A DNA stretch of 63,326 bases, the filler included, from Octopus bimaculoides (taxonomy: Eukaryota): NCBI RefSeq assembly GCF_001194135.2. It is 7 parts of 7 records of this genome, joined end to end, with 100 filler letters (N's around TTAATTAATTAA, not from the genome) between each part and the next. Parts side by side here need not be neighbours in the genome. Positions count along the whole stretch, not along the records: positions 14,332 to 25,674 come from NC_068994.1; positions 25,775 to 31,038 come from NW_026422021.1; positions 31,139 to 34,839 come from NC_068999.1; positions 34,940 to 44,573 come from NC_068992.1; 3 more parts are not named here. The stretch is one strand, 5' to 3'. Positions 23,060-36,010 of this stretch are shown one piece after another. The notes under the pieces are model-generated. The model saw only the letters and a list, made by a program, of their open reading frames with translations. It searched no databases and was not told the DNA's origin. A program made the position numbers and the translations under genes. The first letter of the stretch is position 1, and each line of letters opens with the position of its first letter.

Positions 23060-24937
23060 GAGAAAAGATTTATCGATTCTCAACGAAATTAGTAGACAAT
23101 CAACACAACTAAGTAACAAGAAGAAAACAAAAATACTGTACGAATACAACATTACAGAAAAAGACTTACCTGAGGCAAAAGAAAAGCTAAAGCAAGATAT
23201 CCTTGCCAAAGCACAAAGGATCCGCCGGTATGAGAAACGCCAACGTTTCTTTGAACAAAACAAACAGTTCAAATCCAACCCCAAAAAAACTCTACCTAGA
23301 ACTGTTCTGCATGGCACTCACACCTTTAACTGAATTGCAAAATAGAACTGGATGCGGATACAAATGTTACGGCAAAACAGTAAGCCACCTTTTATATATG
23401 GATGACCTAAATTTATACGCTAGAAATGACAAAGAGCTGGAAACACTACTACAGACAGTACATGGCTTTACCAAGGAAATAGATATGAAATTCGGATTAG
23501 AAAAATGTGCCAAAGCAACCCTGAAAAGAGGAAAATTAGTTAAAAGTAGCAACATCACACTAGATAAAGCCAATAAAATAAGAGACGAAAGCCAGCCATA
23601 CAAATATTTAGGAGTCAATGAACTAGATATGATACAAAACACACAAATGAAAGAAAAAATAAAGAAAGAGTACTATAGACGAGTTAGATCAATACTAAAA
23701 ACAGAGCTCAATGCTAAAAACAAGATAATAGGTATTAACACTTTAGCTGTCCCAGTTATAAGTTACAGCTACAATATCCTTAACTGGACACTAAACGAAC
23801 NNNNNNNNNNNNNNNNNNNNNNNNNNNNNNNNNNNNNNNNNNNNNNNNNNNNNNNNNNNNNNNNNNNNNNNNNNNNNNNNNNNNNNNNNNNNNNNNNNNN
23901 NNNNNNNNNNNNNNNNNNNNNNNNNNNNNNNNNNNNNNNNNNNNNNNNNNNNNNNNNNNNNNNNNNNNNNNNNNNNNNNNNNNNNNNNNNNNNNNNNNNN
24001 NNNNNNNNNNNNNNNNNNNNNNNNNNNNNNNNNNNNNNNNNNNNNNNNNNNNNNNNNNNNNNNNNNNNNNNNNNNNNNNNNNNNNNNNNNNNNNNNNNNN
24101 NNNNNNNNNNNNNNNNNNNNNNNNNNNNNNNNNNNNNNNNNNNNNNNNNNNNNNNNNNNNNNNNNNNNNNNNNNNNNNNNNNNNNNNNNNNNNNNNNNNN
24201 NNNNNNNNNNNNNNNNNNNNNNNNNNNNNNNNNNNNNNNNNNNNNNNNNNNNNNNNNNNNNNNNNNNNNNNNNNNNNNNNNNNNNNNNNNNNNNNNNNNN
24301 NNNNNNNNNNNNNNNNNNNNNNNNNNNNNNNNNNNNNNNNNNNNNNNNNNNNNNNNNNNNNNNNNNNNNNNNNNNNNNNNNNNNNNNNNNNNNNNNNNNN
24401 NNNNNNNNNNNNNNNNNNNNNNNNNNNNNNNNNNNNNNNNNNNNNNNNNNNNNNNNNNNNNNNNNNNNNNNNNNNNNNNNNNNNNNNNNNNNNNNNNNNN
24501 NNNNNNNNNNNNNNNNNNNNNNNNNNNNNNNNNNNNNNNNNNNNNNNNNNNNNNNNNNNNNNNNNNNNNNNNATCAATACCAGCAGATGACAACGTTTCC
24601 CTAAAAGAAATGGAAAAACTTTCAAAATACAAAGACCTGGAAATAGAGGTAACCCGAATGTGGAATCTAAAAACAGAAACAATTCCTATCATAGTAGGTG
24701 CCTTAGGTACAATAAAAAAATATTCAGACAAATACATAACAAAAACACCAGGACTTACAAATATATATAACATACAGAAAATTGCACTACTGGGCACTGC
24801 ACACATCCTACGCAAAACACTTTCAATACAGTTACCATAAGAGCATCACAGCAAACCACAGCACATACCCAAGGCACACAGAGCTGCGCTCGGTAGTGAA
24901 GTGAAAACACGTTATAAAAATAAAACTACTGAACAAT
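23060..24937 (+). mobile_element. R4/Dong-type retrotransposon, internally deleted (copy E)
   Basis: Pre-RT KQDILAKAQRIRRYEKRQRFFEQNKQF is fused to late RT FCMALTPL...SHLLYMDDLNLYA...MKFGLEKCA...YKYLG. After an N gap come the RLE C-terminus and 3' UTR. It is flanked by (TAA)n at 23010-23055 and 24935-24947. Confidence 0.92.
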
Positions 24938-24949
24938 AATAATAATAGG

Positions 24950-25512
24950 CCAATCATTATATTGAAAGGCTTCAGACAAAAATCATGCCTCCTCATCGAT
25001 ATGACAGTCCTAATCGACATAAATGTATCTGTCAAGACCTACCAAAAACTGAGCAAATATAAAGATCTTGAAATAGAAATTAGCAAAATGTGGAACCTCA
25101 AGATTAAAGCAATACCTGTTGTCATAATTTTCCTAGGAATGATAGCAAAAGGGGCTGATTATTACCTAGATCAGATACCAGGAAACCGCGCACAATGGCA
25201 GGAATTCAAAAGATAGTACTCATGGGGACTGCCCATATCCTATGTAAAATACTGTCTGTCTAGTCTCAAATTTTAAAACAAACTTATAATTTTCGTATAT
25301 TTTCGTAAATATTCTCTAGAACAATACAATGTGCAAAACCAATTATATGACACCAACTTGAACTTCTAGCTTGTTGTCTCTTGAGGTCTCTTGGTGAGAC
25401 TCGGAGTCAACTTGTACAAATACAAAGCAAAAGTCCACAGCACATATCCAAGGCGCACAGAGCTGCGCTCGGTAGTGAAGTGAAAGCACGTTATAAAAAT
25501 AAAACTACTGAA
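24950..25512 (+). mobile_element. Second R4/Dong-type 3' end (copy F) plus duplicated 3' UTR of the copy E family
   Basis: LLIDMTVLIDINVSVKTYQKLSKYKDLEIEISKMWNLKIKAIPVV (RLE). 25441-25512 repeats 24862-24937 and runs into (TAA)n/(TGA)n. Confidence 0.85.
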
Positions 25513-25558
25513 CAATAATAATAATAATAATAAAGATAATGATAAAAATAATAATGAA

Positions 25559-25606
<48 letters not shown>

Positions 25607-26054
25607 AGAAATAATAATAATGATAATAATGATAATAATAATAATAATAATAATAATAACCAACAGCAGAAGAANNNNNNNNNNNNNNNNNNNNNNNNNN
25701 NNNNNNNNNNNNNNNNNNTTAATTAATTAANNNNNNNNNNNNNNNNNNNNNNNNNNNNNNNNNNNNNNNNNNNNATATATATATATATATATATATATAT
25801 AATACACACACACACATATAGTGAGAGAGAGAGAGAGAGAGAAAAAGAAAGGTAGGATGGACTAAACAGAACAGGAGGAGAGACGTGGGATGGAAGAATC
25901 CTTGAAGAGGTCGCAGGTGTGAGACGAAAGATTTCCATATAATGAACACGTATATATACATATATGTAAGTATATTTATTTACATACATTTATACATATA
26001 CACACATGTATTTATATAGATGTATTATATTATATACATGTATTATATAAATAC

Positions 26055-26220
26055 CCGCAGGCGATGTATTACAGACTTGGCTTAGCTGTGTGGTAAGAAG
26101 CTTGCTTCCCAACCGCATGGTTCCGGGTTCAGTCCCAATGCGTGGTACCCAGGTCGAACGTCTTCTACTATAGCTTCGGGCCGATCAAAGCCTTGATTTG
26201 GTAGACGGAAACTTGAAATA
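26055..26220 (+). mobile_element. Octopus SINE family B, 5' part
   Basis: GCTGTGTGGTAAGAAGCTTGCTTCCCAACC..GGTTCCGGGTTCAGTCCC (A/B-box-like head), then GGGCCGATCAAAGCCTTG..TTTGGTAGACGGAAAC. Confidence 0.8.
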
Positions 26221-26231
26221 TATATATATAT

Positions 26232-26760
26232 AGGATCTTTCTGATTTGACGTTCAACACTTGTTTTCTTAACGAAACACTTTCAAACTTGGGATACTGGT
26301 AGAATGTGTCATATAAAACAACTTTTTCTCTTAGCCTTCTTAACAAAAATTAGTTCTTAATAAGTTATTTCATGGTAAAGTTGTCGTATTTCCGTAATTT
26401 CAACCAATCACTGATGTCTATTCGGCTGAATACAGTTACTGCTATTTTTGTAAACAATAATTTTTGCCGGTGAGAAGAATGTTATTCCCTGCTGTTAATT
26501 ATTTCCTTATTCCCTAGTAATTATGACATGTTTCATCCGGTTTTTTCGTTTGTTTTCTTTTGAAGCAGACAAAATTACAGAAAAATGGTAATTTATACGC
26601 ATATATTGTTTATATAATAAATTACGCTGTGCGTATCTGTGTTTGTATTAATGTATGTTTGAAGCTAATCTCGTTTCAAGCCACTCACCCACTGATTATT
26701 TTTGCCGAATTTGTTGGAAATGTGTTCAACAATTGTTCGCTAATTTTCTTAAATAAGTAA
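26232..26760 (+). mobile_element. One-ended copy of the Mutator-like TIR family
   Basis: Starts GGATCTTTC and is homologous to 18063-18300 (AAACACTTT.AAACT...GTAGAATGTGTCATATA.AACA; TAATTTCAACCAATCA.TGA). It shares a 50-bp identical block with 56909-56958. Confidence 0.75.
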
Positions 26761-28664
26761 AAGAGTAAAGGAGCATATATGTGTGTGTGTGTGCGTGTGT
26801 ATGTGCGCGTGTGTGTGTATATATATATATAGAGAGAGAAATCAAGGGAGATAAAAAGACAGACAGACACAGACAGACATAGACAGAAAGACAGACAGAT
26901 AGATAGATAGATAGATAGATAGACAGGACACATGTGATTGTGTCTGTGTATGTGTGAGTGCGTGTGCTTGTGTGTGTACATAGATGTGTCTGTGTGTGTG
27001 TGTGTGAATGTGTGCGTTTGTGGTTACATTTATACACATACATACATGTATACATAAATATGCATGCATGTGTGTGTGCGTGTGTGTGTGGTGTGAACGC
27101 ACATACACCTAACACGCACACATCCTTCCTGAGATTGTATTATCTACACTCTACATCAATAAATTTTTGACCTCTCCGATTCCGTGAAGTCTGAAATTGT
27201 ATTATTAAAAGCGGCAGTTTAAATGTACGTAAAAGTCAGTGGACCGCAACGGAGTGTAAAGTGGAAGAGCCCTTCAAATATTTAATACTCATAAGAGGGT
27301 GGTGATGCGTGACGAAGCTTTAGATATTGAGTGACGGCGAGTCAGAGATATAATGACAGGTACGAAGAATTTTTAGGTTTATAATTCTGTTCGACCCCGC
27401 CCTCCACGGCTACCACCTCAATCTGCTGAAGACCATCGCTACAGCCACCAGTTATATCCCGTATATGTGCAAATAACACGCATCAGATATAATAATGATG
27501 ATGATGATGATAGAGGTGCTGGTAGCGATGGTGGTGGTGACATTGTTGTAGTGAATGTTATGGTGGTGGTGGTGGTGGTGGTGGTGATAGCGGTAATGAT
27601 TATAATCATCATCCTTAGCCAAGGGTCTTTGTCTAACGGGCAGCTAAGCGTCTTTATATATANNNNNNNNNNNNNNNNNNNNNNNNNNNNNNNNNNNNNN
27701 NNNNNNNNNNNNNNNNNNNNNNNNNNNNNNNNNNNNNNNNNNNNNNNNNNNNNNNNNNNNNNNNNNNNNNNNNNNNNNNNNNNNNNNNNNNNNNNNNNNN
27801 NNNNNNNNNNNNNNNNNNNNNNNNNNNNNNNNNNNNNNNNNNNNNNNNNNNNNNNNNNNNNNNNNNNNNNNNNNNNNNNNNNNNNNNNNNNNNNNNNNNN
27901 NNNNNNNNNNNNNNNNNNNNNNNNNNNNNNNNNNNNNNNNNNNNNNNNNNNNNNNNNNNNNNNNNNNNNNNNNNNNNNNNNNNNNNNNNNNNNNNNNNNN
28001 NNNNNNNNNNNNNNNNNNNNNNNNNNNNNNNNNNNNNNNNNNNNNNNNNNNNNNNNNNNNNNNNNNNNNNNNNNNNNNNNNNNNNNNNNNNNNNNNNNNN
28101 NNNNNNNNNNNNNNNNNNNNNNNNNNNNNNNNNNNNNNNNNNNNNNNNNNNNNNNNNNNNNNNNNNNNNNNNNNNNNNNNNNNNNNNNNNNNNNNNNNNN
28201 NNNNNNNNNNNNNNNNNNNNNNNNNNNNNNNNNNNNNNNNNNNNNNNNNNNNNNNNNNNNNNNNNNNNNNNNNNNNNNNNNNNNNNNNNNNNNNNNNNNN
28301 NNNNNNNNNNNNNNNNNNNNNNNNNNNNNNNNNNNNNNNNNNNNNNNNNNNNNNNNNNNNNNNNNNNNNNNNNNNNNNNNNNNNNNNNNNNNNNNNNNNN
28401 NNNNNNNNNNNNNNNNNNNNNNNNNNNNNNNNNNNNNNNNNNNNNNNNNNNNNNNNNNNNNNNNNNNNNNNNNNNNNNNNNNNNNNNNNNNNNNNNNNNN
28501 NNNNNNNNNNNNNNNNNNNNNNNNNNNNNNNNNNNNNNNNNNNNNNNNNNNNNNNNNNNNNNNNNNNNNNNNNNNNNNNNNNNNNNNNNNNNNNNNNNNN
28601 NNNNNNNNNNNNNNNNNNNNNNNNNNNNNNNNNNNNNNNNNNNTGTATATATGTATATATATAT

Positions 28665-28892
28665 ATATGTGTGTGTGTGTGTTTGTGTGTCTGTGTTTGT
28701 CCCCCCAACATCGCTTGACATCCGATGCTGGTGTGTTTACGTCCCCGTAACTTAGCGGTTCGACAAAAGAGACCGATAGAATAAGTACTAGGCTTACAAA
28801 GAATAAGTCCTGGGGTCGAATTGCTTGACTAAAGGCGGTGCCCCAGCATGGCCGCAGTCAAATGACTGAAACAAGTAAAAGAGTAAAAGAGT

Positions 28893-28893
<1 letters not shown>
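28665..28893 (+). mobile_element. Octopus SINE family B, 3' part with LINE-derived tail
   Basis: GTGTTTACGTCCCCGTAACTTAGCGGTTCG.CAAAAGAGACCGATAGAATAAGTAC...GGCGGTGCCCCAGCATGGCCGCAG..CTGAAACAAGTAAAAGAGTAAAAGAG. Confidence 0.85.
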
Positions 28894-28927
<34 letters not shown>

Positions 28928-31139
28928 TAAACACACATATGTAACACATTCATGCAGACAGGCACATAAAGATAGAGATAGGCAGACACGCAGGCAGGCA
29001 GGCGGACAGACAAACATATTCGCTCATATTATATACATGCATACGTAGTAAATGAAATAGGCCACTGACATGTATTTGAACAATATAGAGTTATATTAAA
29101 TAACGTGCAAGATTAATTCTTTTATTGAATTTTCTCTACTTCTAGAGAAGATACAACAATCGCTTGGAAGCAACTTTAAATAAGTAGGAAGTATAATCCC
29201 AACAATCAAGTATTATTCAAAATTTAGATGCCCCTAAAGAAAAGAGAGTCACATTGTTTATAAATGTCTCGCTTGCTGAAGCTCAGATAGGAAAATTGCT
29301 GTTGCTAATTGACGATTATTGAGACGAAATTTATCTACAAATGATAATGATATTTGGGACAATGCAAATGTGTAAAACTTTCCAAAGATTCAGAGTATGA
29401 AGAACAAAACAAGATTCTTTCTTTTACAACCTTGCTACCAAATAGGTGGTCGGACAAAATTTTCTCTGAATTAAAAAGAGAAAGAGAACTCATACATACA
29501 TGCTTACACACATATATGCATGCATACACACGCGCGCACGCACACAGTAAAACACTTCATTTCACGTTTTTCGAATCCGCTCAGTTGTAAATAACAAACC
29601 TTGTGATGTACCGATATCCCGTTCAAAGGGAATATTGTGATCTCGTCCTATATACGATATGGAAACTGGGTAACCGGCTCTATGAGTTCAAGTTGTCGAT
29701 ACAGCAATGTCCAGGAGGTTGACGATTATACGCTTATAGTAGTATCAATAGGCACCCGGCAACATTTGACGGGGTATTTGACTTGATCTTTATACGCGTA
29801 AATCAACTTCGTTTTTTCAATTTTTCAATGTCGCTGAGATATGTACAAGTAACTGGACTGTACGAGCGTTGCTATAATTGACTAAAACATTAAAAGACAT
29901 GTACCCATACATAGCTACAGACGAATCAATCGAAACCGGAAATGGATGGTAGAATTGATAAAGCATGAGTCAAAGTACCAACACGAATTCTATCCGTTCA
30001 TTGTATGATCCGATTACGTTATTTTGCATCTAGGTTAACGTGACCATTCGCCTTCATCCGTGTTAGTTAAAATAAGTTAATACGGAAGTCTTGTGGAGCC
30101 AATACTATAAACAAGAAAACATTGAAGTTAGCGCCTCAGTAAAAGAATAAAACGTCTAAATGATCTACATGATGTAGTCCATTGTCATATCGAATGAGGA
30201 GGCCACCCAACACCAACTATACATCATTGTGTTCTTGGTTGATATTAAGTCAGTGGGCTTCAACTGTAAGTAGCAGCAATAAATTTGCTAAGATCGAGAC
30301 GTCTGATTCAGTTTGTGACATAGACAAGTCGTAAATACACTATAAAACAAAATATGACCTGCTCTAGTCTTAGAACAAAATTCTGTTGCCGATTCATAGT
30401 TAGGTATCATATGGCAAAAAAGTTTGTAGATACAGCGGGGAATGCTTGCCGTCAGGATGTGTGCGCGTGCATTTAAGGTTTTGTAAGCTTTTATCGTTTC
30501 CTAGTATTGACGTGGTGGATTTGAGGGTTGGTCGATGGCCTGATGTCCCCTTCCTCCCATCACACACCCTGACACCATCTCTCTATCCGATTTGTTTATT
30601 GCAGCTTCAGTGTTATATAGTTTTATGGTTTAGTCGGAAGAAGGGGCAGAAAGAATCCATGGCCTTTTGTAGGAAAAAGAGAGAGAGAGAGAGAGGGGGG
30701 GATATGGAGGGAGGAGGAGGGGAAGTAGCCACTTCATGGGTCGATGAAGTGCGTCAAGAAATCGCATTGTACTCAAACCCGAAACTGGGCCTTAAATGCT
30801 TGCAACAAAGTGGACCCAAAGGAAACCACAGCGCCAAAAAGTGGTCCTTAAAAGGATAAAAGATTAAGTCTACTACCTTAAATATCAAAAGATAGAATTC
30901 TCTGACAGGCTTCCATGCAGTTTCCTTCTACTCAATTCCTGTTACACGTTTGTCTGCTCGGCTTGAGATTAAGATAGAAAGTATTTGGTAAGAACGCCTT
31001 GCCAGCATGAGCGAAACCGAACCCATATGACACACAGCNNNNNNNNNNNNNNNNNNNNNNNNNNNNNNNNNNNNNNNNNNNNTTAATTAATTAANNNNNN
31101 NNNNNNNNNNNNNNNNNNNNNNNNNNNNNNNNNNNNNNG

Positions 31140-31445
31140 TACCGCTTGACTGGCTCCCGTAGGATTTTCAAGCGAGATCGTTGCCAGTGCCCCTGGACTG
31201 GCTTGTGCGGGTGGCACATAAAAGACACCATTTCGAGCGTGGCCGTTTTCGTGCGGGTGACACGTAAAAGCACCCACTACACTCTCTGATTGGTTGGCGT
31301 TAGGAAGGGCATCCAGCTGTAGAAACTCTGCCAAATTAGACTGGAGTCTGGTGTTGCCATCTGGTTTCACCAGTCCTCAGTCAAATCGTCCAACCCATGC
31401 TAGCATGGAAAGCGGACATTAAACGATGATGATGATGATGATGAT
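31140..31445 (+). mobile_element. SINE-like element with RTE-type 3' tail ending in (GAT)n
   Basis: GGTTGGCGTTAGGAAGGGCATCCAGCTGTAGAAAC...AACCCATGCTAGCATGGAAAGCGGACATTAAACGATGATGAT; the 5' end is lost in a gap. Confidence 0.7.
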
Positions 31446-32073
31446 GATTCACATACATATATATGAATATATATATACAGATAATGACACTGATAGCTAA
31501 ATAAAAACCCTTTGATATACAATTGTATGCATTCAGATACAGATCACTCTCACACACACACACACACACACACACAATGTGTACATTCATATGCATGCAC
31601 ACACAAGCAATCATATATATAGACACATATACGTAAAATATACTTGTTCTAGTACTTACGCATACATATATCAACGTATATCTGTAGACTGCCAAAGCTT
31701 AGCCACAGACACACACACATATACTTCTTAGTTATGCATACATTTTTAAGCTGATTTCATGACACATAAAGTCTGTGAAGGTACAGGTACCAAAAATACT
31801 TAGAAATAATTAACAACACACTATGATATTTCATTGATAATTAGGAATTTTACAATCTTAAAGAAGCATGAAAAGTATGATAAGATTTAAGACAGAATAT
31901 TAATAAAGTAGTAATACATAATATAACATTTTAAATGAATGATAGTTCATAGATAATTAATAATTTAACACATGATACAGACTTCTTAAAGAAACATGAT
32001 AAAGCATTAATAAAGTATTAATGCAAGACAATACAATATACGTACATATGTGTGTGTGTGTATATGTATATGC

Positions 32074-32105
<32 letters not shown>

Positions 32106-32114
32106 ATATGCATA

Positions 32115-32428
32115 GAGGAGACCTCCTTCGGTCATGAATGACAATGGGATTGCACCTAGAAAGTTACCCTCCGGGTACAAGTCCGGGCAAAGTTGTTTGT
32201 GGAAGCCCAGCAGTTTGCCATGCATACCAGCCTCCCCTCTCCACACCACTGATGTTATCCAAGGGAAAGGCAAAGACCGATACAGCTTGGCACCAGTGAC
32301 GTCACAACTCATTTCTATACCTGAGTGAACTGGAGCAACGTGAAATAAAGTGTCTTGCTCAAGAACACAACATGCAGCCTGGTCCGGGAACTGAACTCAC
32401 CACTTCACGATCATAAGCTCGATGCTAT
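32115..32428 (-). mobile_element. tRNA-headed SINE (family D)
   Basis: Minus strand: GATCGTGAAGTGGTGAGTTCAGTTCCCGGACC (B box), GTGTTCTTGAGCAAGACACTT, GCTCCAGTTCACTCAG core, ending GCAATCCCATTGTCATTCATGACCGAAGGAGGTCTCC. Confidence 0.75.
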
Positions 32429-33056
32429 GATATATATATACATATATGAGCTATGCATATATATACATACATACATACATACATATATATATATATATAN
32501 NNNNNNNNNNNNNNNNNNNNNNNNNNNNNNNNNNNNNNNNNNNNNNNNNNNNNNNNNNNNNNNNNNNNNNNNNNNNNNNNNNNNNNNNNNNNNNNNNNNN
32601 NNNNNNNNNNNNNNNNNNNNNNNNNNNNNNNNNNNNNNNNNNNNNNNNNNNNNNNNNNNNNNNNNNNNNNNNNNNNNNNNNNNNNNNNNNNNNNNNNNNN
32701 NNNNNNNNNNNNNNNNNNNNNNNNNNNNNNNNNNNNNNNNNNNNNNNNNNNNNNNNNNNNNNNNNNNNNNNNNNNNNNNNNNNNNNNNNNNNNNNNNNNN
32801 NNNNNNNNNNNNNNNNNNNNNNNNNNNNNNNNNNNNNNNNNNNNNNNNNNNNNNNNNNNNNNNNNNNNNNNNNNNNNNNNNNNNNNNNNNNNNNNNNNNN
32901 NNNNNNNNNNNNNNNNNNNNNNNNNNNNNNNNNNNNNNNNNNNNNNNNNNNNNNNNNNNNNNNNNNNNNNNNNNNNNNNNNNNNNNNNNNNNNNNNNNNN
33001 NNNNNNNNNNNNNNNNNNNNNNNNNNNNNNNNNNNNNNNNNNNNNNNNNNNNNNNN

Positions 33057-33950
33057 NTGTGTGTGTGTGTGTGTATATATAAATATATATATATATACCT
33101 CCCACACACACCATACACACACACAACACACACATATACGCACACACAACACATACATACATGCGTGCACACAAACACACACACACATACACACGTACAT
33201 ACACGCATGCACACACACATACAAAAATACACATACTTCCACACACAATCCCAAGTTCACACACACATGCATACACACACACACGCACACACACATACAC
33301 AAACATACACACACGCACGGGCATACATGCACAAAAACACACATATACCTCCACACAACCTCACGTTCTCACACACATATACACACGCACATAAGCACAC
33401 ACACATATACACACACATGTACACACGCACATACACTCACAGACATGCATATACAGATGTACACATATACATACACAGGCACATGAATGCGCACATACCT
33501 CCCACACACATAACACGCACTCATACATACACATACATGGGCATACACACACACGCAAATACACACAGGAATACAAATATACTCCACACACACACATACA
33601 CATACATACACACACACACACATACACACACAAATGCACACACTACACACAAATGCACACACTACACACAAAACACACACACACACAACAAATACATACA
33701 CGCACACACACACACACATACATACACACGCACACACATACTTCAAACTGCCAGTCAAACACCTTTCTACTGTCCATTCGTCATATGTTATATATGCATA
33801 TGCTCACTCACACTCACATGGAACACTCGCATGTACACCCACATATATATGCAACCGTACACATGTACATATACATGTACATGTATACATACCCGCCCGC
33901 CCGCATACACAAAAAGTTCATATACACATCTATATATGCACATGCACAAG
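33057..33950. repeat. Long degenerate (CA)/(TA) low-complexity tract
   Basis: About 900 bp of decayed CA/TA repeats, which account for the His/Thr-rich pseudo-ORFs. Similar tracts lie at 11870-12010, 12170-12285, 26780-27120, 37690-37800, 39300-39780, 41770-42010, 43080-43520 and 59680-60660. Confidence 0.95.
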
Positions 33951-34115
33951 AAAAATGGAGGGTGAAAGGTAAAATACAGAAAAAAATGTGTAAAAATATA
34001 TAAAGCAATAAAAATATAAAAATATATCTATAAATATGTAAAAAATATATAAAAAATATATACAAGTATAGAGAGATAAAAAGCTTGCACGTGGACACAA
34101 TATAAAAAGCAAGTT

Positions 34116-34470
34116 CTATCTATGATCTTGTGGGGACCAAAAACATAAATATTTAGCCACATATGAACATGATCCAAAAAGTTCAGTTCTTGAGTTGAGA
34201 CATTTAGCAGGGTCTAAGCTGTTTTTCCAGATGAGCCATCTTTCCATATCACAAAGACTGCACTTTCCACTGCCGTTGGTGTAAGGCTTACACTTCGCTA
34301 AGATCTTCCAATGGATGTTGTAACTGACACCTTTATCTTTTAAAGACCATACATGACTGGATAATTTGGTTGTTTTCCTTTTATCCCAGTGCCTGAAGCT
34401 CAAGGTGTGATTATTGAACCTGGCCTTGAAATTTCCCTCTGTAAGGCACATATTTTTTTGTTGAAACTGT
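34116..34470 (-). mobile_element. Penelope-like element, GIY-YIG endonuclease C-terminal remnant
   Basis: CLTEGNFKARFNNHTLSFRH...TTKLSSHVWSLKDKGVSYNIHWKIL...KCSLCDMERWLI...LNSRTELFGSC matches the PLE pattern TE..FK.R..NH..SF / C.LC..E...I / LN.R.E...C.H. Confidence 0.85.
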
Positions 34471-34519
34471 GTCCTTAGGGGTTGTAGAGTCTATGGTGAA
34501 TTCATAAATGATGGTCTCG

Positions 34520-34838
34520 TACATGCAAGCTCCATTTAGCAGGCACAGATTTTTATCCCTGCATGAACAGCTGGCTTCATTTTGTGGTTTTTAATAAAGT
34601 ATCGGACAAACGGGGCGGCGCCTGGCCGACCGATTCGCGGAACACCTCCGAGATATCAACGTCGGCAATGACACCCCGGTGTCACGCCACTTCCGTTCTG
34701 CCGGCCACTCCTTGCGGCAACACCTGTCTGTGTTTGGATTGTCCATGCACAGGGGCCATCCGGACTCCCGTTTGCGCCGTGAACAGGGATTAATCTTCTA
34801 TCTTCGATCCTTTGCGCCACATGGGCTCAACTCCCCTC
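34520..34838 (+). mobile_element. Penelope-like element GIY-YIG remnant, second family
   Basis: IGQTGRRLADRFAEHLRDINVGNDTPVSRHFRSAGHS...RLRREQGLIFYLRSFAPHGLNSP. Confidence 0.85.
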
Positions 34839-34939
34839 CNNNNNNNNNNNNNNNNNNNNNNNNNNNNNNNNNNNNNNNNNNNNTTAATTAATTAANNNNN
34901 NNNNNNNNNNNNNNNNNNNNNNNNNNNNNNNNNNNNNNN

Positions 34940-35708
34940 TGGATGGGGAGGTGGCTATTCGATTACATCGACCCCAGTGCGTAGCTGGTACTTAATTTAT
35001 CGACCCCGGAAGGATAAAAGGCAAAGTCGACCTCGGTGGAATTTGAACACAGAACGTAAAGACAGACGAAATACCGCTAAGCATTCCGCCCGGCGTGCTA
35101 ACGTTTCTTATTTCTTTATTGCCCACAAGGGGCTAAACATAGAGGGGACAAACAAGGACAGACAAAGGGATTAAGTCAATTACATAGACCCCAGTGCGTA
35201 ACTGGCACTTAATTTATCGACCCCGAAAGGATGAAAGGCAAAGTCGACCTCGGCGGAATTTGAACTCAGAACGGAACGGCAGACGAAATACCCGCGAAGC
35301 ATTTCGCCCGGCGTGCTAACGTTTCTGTCAGCTCGCCGCCTACCTTCATAAAATATTGTCAATGCAATCCCCAACATATTTTAATCCGTAAATAGTGTCA
35401 AAACACTTTTAGATGCACATAACAACAAACACCTTTGACTGTCATCTTAACACCCGTGTATCATCGTATAATCAAATTACTTTTGAAACAAACTTCTAAT
35501 TTACTTATGTTTAGACAGACATTCTCTGGAACGATACTCCGTGAAAAGCCAAATATGATGCAGGGCACCCTAGTCATGCCACCAACTTGAACTTCTAATT
35601 TGGTGTCTCTTAAGGTTTCTGCGCTAGACTTGGAGTTAACTCTACAAGCAAAAGACAAAAGCCGAACCTAATAATAATAATAATAATAATAGTAATAATA
35701 ATAATAAC

Positions 35709-35766
<58 letters not shown>

Positions 35767-35930
35767 CTTTCTATTATAGGTACAAGGCCTGAAACTTGGG
35801 TTTAGGGTTTTTAGTCGATTACATCGACCCCAGTGCATAAATGGCATTTATTTCATCGACCATGAGAGGATGAAAGGTAAAGTCGACCTCGGCGTAAGGA
35901 GGAATGCAATATCGCTAAGCATTCCGCCAG
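34940..35930 (-). mobile_element. Cluster of family A SINE copies (34940-35105, 35172-35342, 35780-35925)
   Basis: Repeated ATCGACCCC.GAAGGAT.AAAGGCAAAGTCGACCTCGG.GGAATTTGAAC blocks. Confidence 0.85.
35470..35668 (+). mobile_element. 3' UTR remnant of the R4/Dong copy F family followed by (TAA)n
   Basis: CACCAACTTGAACTTCTA..TGTCTCTT.AGGT....AGACT.GGAGT.AAC matches 25349-25440. A long (AAT)n follows at 35668-35764. Confidence 0.65.
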
Positions 35931-35937
35931 ATCGCCC

Positions 35938-36009
<72 letters not shown>

Positions 36010-36010
<1 letters not shown>

